NCBI GenBank assembly: GCA_965216935.1
Contig: OZ244217.1
Location: 3,488,279-3,552,278, forward strand
Length of the DNA: 64,000 nucleotides
Direction: 5' to 3'
From: Acidobacteriota bacterium
GTDB lineage: Bacteria > Acidobacteriota > UBA890
The position numbers and the translations under genes were made by a program. Numbering within the stretch: the stretch's first letter is position 1; each line of letters starts with the position of its first letter. The notes beneath the pieces were generated by a model, which was not told where the DNA came from, did not search any database, and saw nothing but the letters and a program-made list of their open reading frames with translations. Below are positions 62,465 to 64,000 of this stretch, one piece after another.

Positions 62465-63335
62465 GAATCTCGAGTCTCCGAAGTCATCGCTGCCCACAGC
62501 TTCTCCGGACATCCTTCTCGCTGCGGCAGTCGCATTCGAATTGCACCCGTTCGCCCGTCGGGTCGGCGTCGAGCCCCCTGCATTCTCCATCGCGCACGGC
62601 AATCATCAGGGCCGCCGCGTCGCTCTTCTATCCACCGGGATGGGCCGTCCGGGAGACGCCGCATTCCGCGATGCCGTACACGAGCTACGCCCCGGCGCCA
62701 TCATCAACGTCGGCATCGCCGGAGCCCTCGATCTCACCCACCCGGCCGGGGCTCCCTGGCTCGTGACCGAGTGGCGACACCCCGCCCCGCCGCACGAGGT
62801 TGCCGCCACGGCGAGCACCCAACTGTCCGGCGAGATCGGATCGACTCTCGATCGCGCCGGCGTTCGCTGGGAGCAGGCTCGTGCGGTCATGGTGGACGAG
62901 CCGCTCCACGATACCGTCGAACGCGATCGTATCCGCGACGGCTGCGGGGCGCACCTGGTCGAGATGGAGGGCGCCGCCTGGGCCGACATTGCGGCGGCGG
63001 CGGACATCCCTTTCGCCGCCGTGCGGGTCGTATCGGACCACGCCAACCGGCCGCTCCCCGGCCCGAAGCCGGTCGGCGGTGGGCGCCGCGCCTGGCTGCT
63101 GCACGATGACGGCACGCCGCGGAAGCTGCGCCTCGCCTGGGCTTTCCTGGTGTCGGGAGCATGGCTCCGGCCGAAGCACAACCTGGCCGAGGTCAAGGAG
63201 GCAGGGGGACAGTTTCGTGAAGCCTTGCAAGGGCTCGAACAGGTCGCCGAAGCACTCTTTCCCGATCACCCGGCCGAGCCCGTCTCCTCGGCCGGCCCCG
63301 TCGGTCCTGTCGACTCGGCCGATCCAGCCGGGTGA
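62463..63335 (+). CDS. Nucleoside phosphorylase-fold protein (MTA/SAH nucleosidase or HpnG-like)
   Basis: TGMG, INVGIAGAL, VEMEGAA, VRVVSD. Confidence 0.75.
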   Translation: MNLESPKSSLPTASPDILLAAAVAFELHPFARRVGVEPPAFSIAHGNHQGRRVALLSTGMGRPGDAAFRDAVHELRPGAIINVGIAGALDLTHPAGAPWLVTEWRHPAPPHEVAATASTQLSGEIGSTLDRAGVRWEQARAVMVDEPLHDTVERDRIRDGCGAHLVEMEGAAWADIAAAADIPFAAVRVVSDHANRPLPGPKPVGGGRRAWLLHDDGTPRKLRLAWAFLVSGAWLRPKHNLAEVKEAGGQFREALQGLEQVAEALFPDHPAEPVSSAGPVGPVDSADPAG

Positions 63336-63402
63336 GAGCCGCGCCGGGCGCGGAAGCGGGTGTCATGTCGTCATCCCGGCGTCGCGGACCCCTCGCCGTC
63401 CT

Positions 63403-63452
63403 TTGACTCGGTTTGCGGATTCGCTTAGTGTCCGTTGTGCAACTTTGTGCAA
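63403..63452 (+). promoter_or_regulatory. Putative promoter with a tandem operator
   Basis: TTGACT (63403-63408), 17 nt, TAGTGT (63426-63431), then TTGTGCAA twice at 63435 and 63445. Confidence 0.5.
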
Positions 63453-63485
63453 GACTGACAACGAATCACCAACGGGGACCATCTG

Positions 63486-63920
63486 ATGAACGCTCGCCAG
63501 CGGCGCTACCTGGTCGCGAGCCTGAAGTCTCTCTCGGTAATTTCGGCCGCCACCTGCGGCGCGTTGCTCCTGCTCGGTTGGATCTTTTCCGCGGATCCGC
63601 GCGCCTCCGGGACCGCTTTTTCGCCCGTCACCCTCACCGCACTGCTGCTGGCTTCCGGCGTGCTTTTGTGGCTGGCGCATTTCGTCACCTTGGGCCATGA
63701 GGTTCGCCTGCGGCCGATCGTCACGCCGAGCCAGCCGCTGCCGCGGAAGTTCAGCGACGATTGCCCCACCTGGCCGACCATTCTCGCCTGGCTCGTGACC
63801 GACTTGAACGACGACGACGCGCATCGGATCAGCACGCACGTGTCCGCCTGCGAGAATTGTCGTCGGCGCCTGGCCTTGATGAACGCGGTTCAGGAGATGA
63901 GCTCGGACCGGCGCCGATAG
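63486..63920 (+). CDS. Membrane protein with a C-terminal zf-HC2 (ZAS-like) motif
   Basis: Two hydrophobic helices, then CPTW...THVSACENC (C-x24-H-x3-C-x2-C). Confidence 0.7.
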   Translation: MNARQRRYLVASLKSLSVISAATCGALLLLGWIFSADPRASGTAFSPVTLTALLLASGVLLWLAHFVTLGHEVRLRPIVTPSQPLPRKFSDDCPTWPTILAWLVTDLNDDDAHRISTHVSACENCRRRLALMNAVQEMSSDRRR

Positions 63921-63928
63921 CAAACCTT

Positions 63929-64000
63929 CTACTGCAGCTGCACCGATACGAGCTGCGAGACGCCGCTTTCCTGCATCGTCACGCCGTAGAGAAGATCCGC
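63929..64000 (-). CDS. smc: Chromosome segregation protein SMC, C-terminal 23 residues (partial)
   Basis: Manual translation ADLLYGVTMQESGVSQLVSVQLQ* matches the conserved SMC C-terminus (LYGVTMxExGVS). Confidence 0.85.
   Translation of the reverse strand, partial: ADLLYGVTMQESGVSQLVSVQLQ

Overview
A GC-rich, densely coding 64 kb chromosomal segment, mostly on the minus strand. The PadR + duplicated-permease (ADOP-type) pair and the lolCD-clpC-bamA-lpx gene order suggest an Acidobacteriota genome (inference). Most of it is housekeeping: murJ (partial), rpsT, holA-lptE-leuS-nusB-ribH, mltG-ruvX, lexA, a lipid A/outer-membrane cluster, clpC, lolCD, lysS, a fab/plsX cluster, trxA, IHF-rpsA-cmk-rluB-scpAB, uvrBC, coaD-rsmD-recG and the 3' end of smc. 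I saw no rRNA, tRNA, CRISPR array, transposase or integrase. The main signals worth following up are: (1) a 283-bp non-coding, cruciform, MITE-like element with 34-bp perfect terminal inverted repeats, sitting on the scpB stop codon; (2) a four-gene operon of two thiolase-fold proteins without the nucleophilic Cys and two DUF35 proteins without their Zn-ribbon cysteines, one carrying a histone-H1-like Lys/Ala tail; (3) an A10 run at the fabZ-lpxA junction whose -1 frame reads through into lpxA; (4) a B12 mutase with isobutyryl-CoA-mutase signature residues next to one intact and one degenerate acyl-CoA dehydrogenase; (5) a tightly coupled five-gene operon of unknown pathway; (6) repeated leaderless-mRNA promoter architecture. 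All calls come from reading motifs by eye; no database searches were run.
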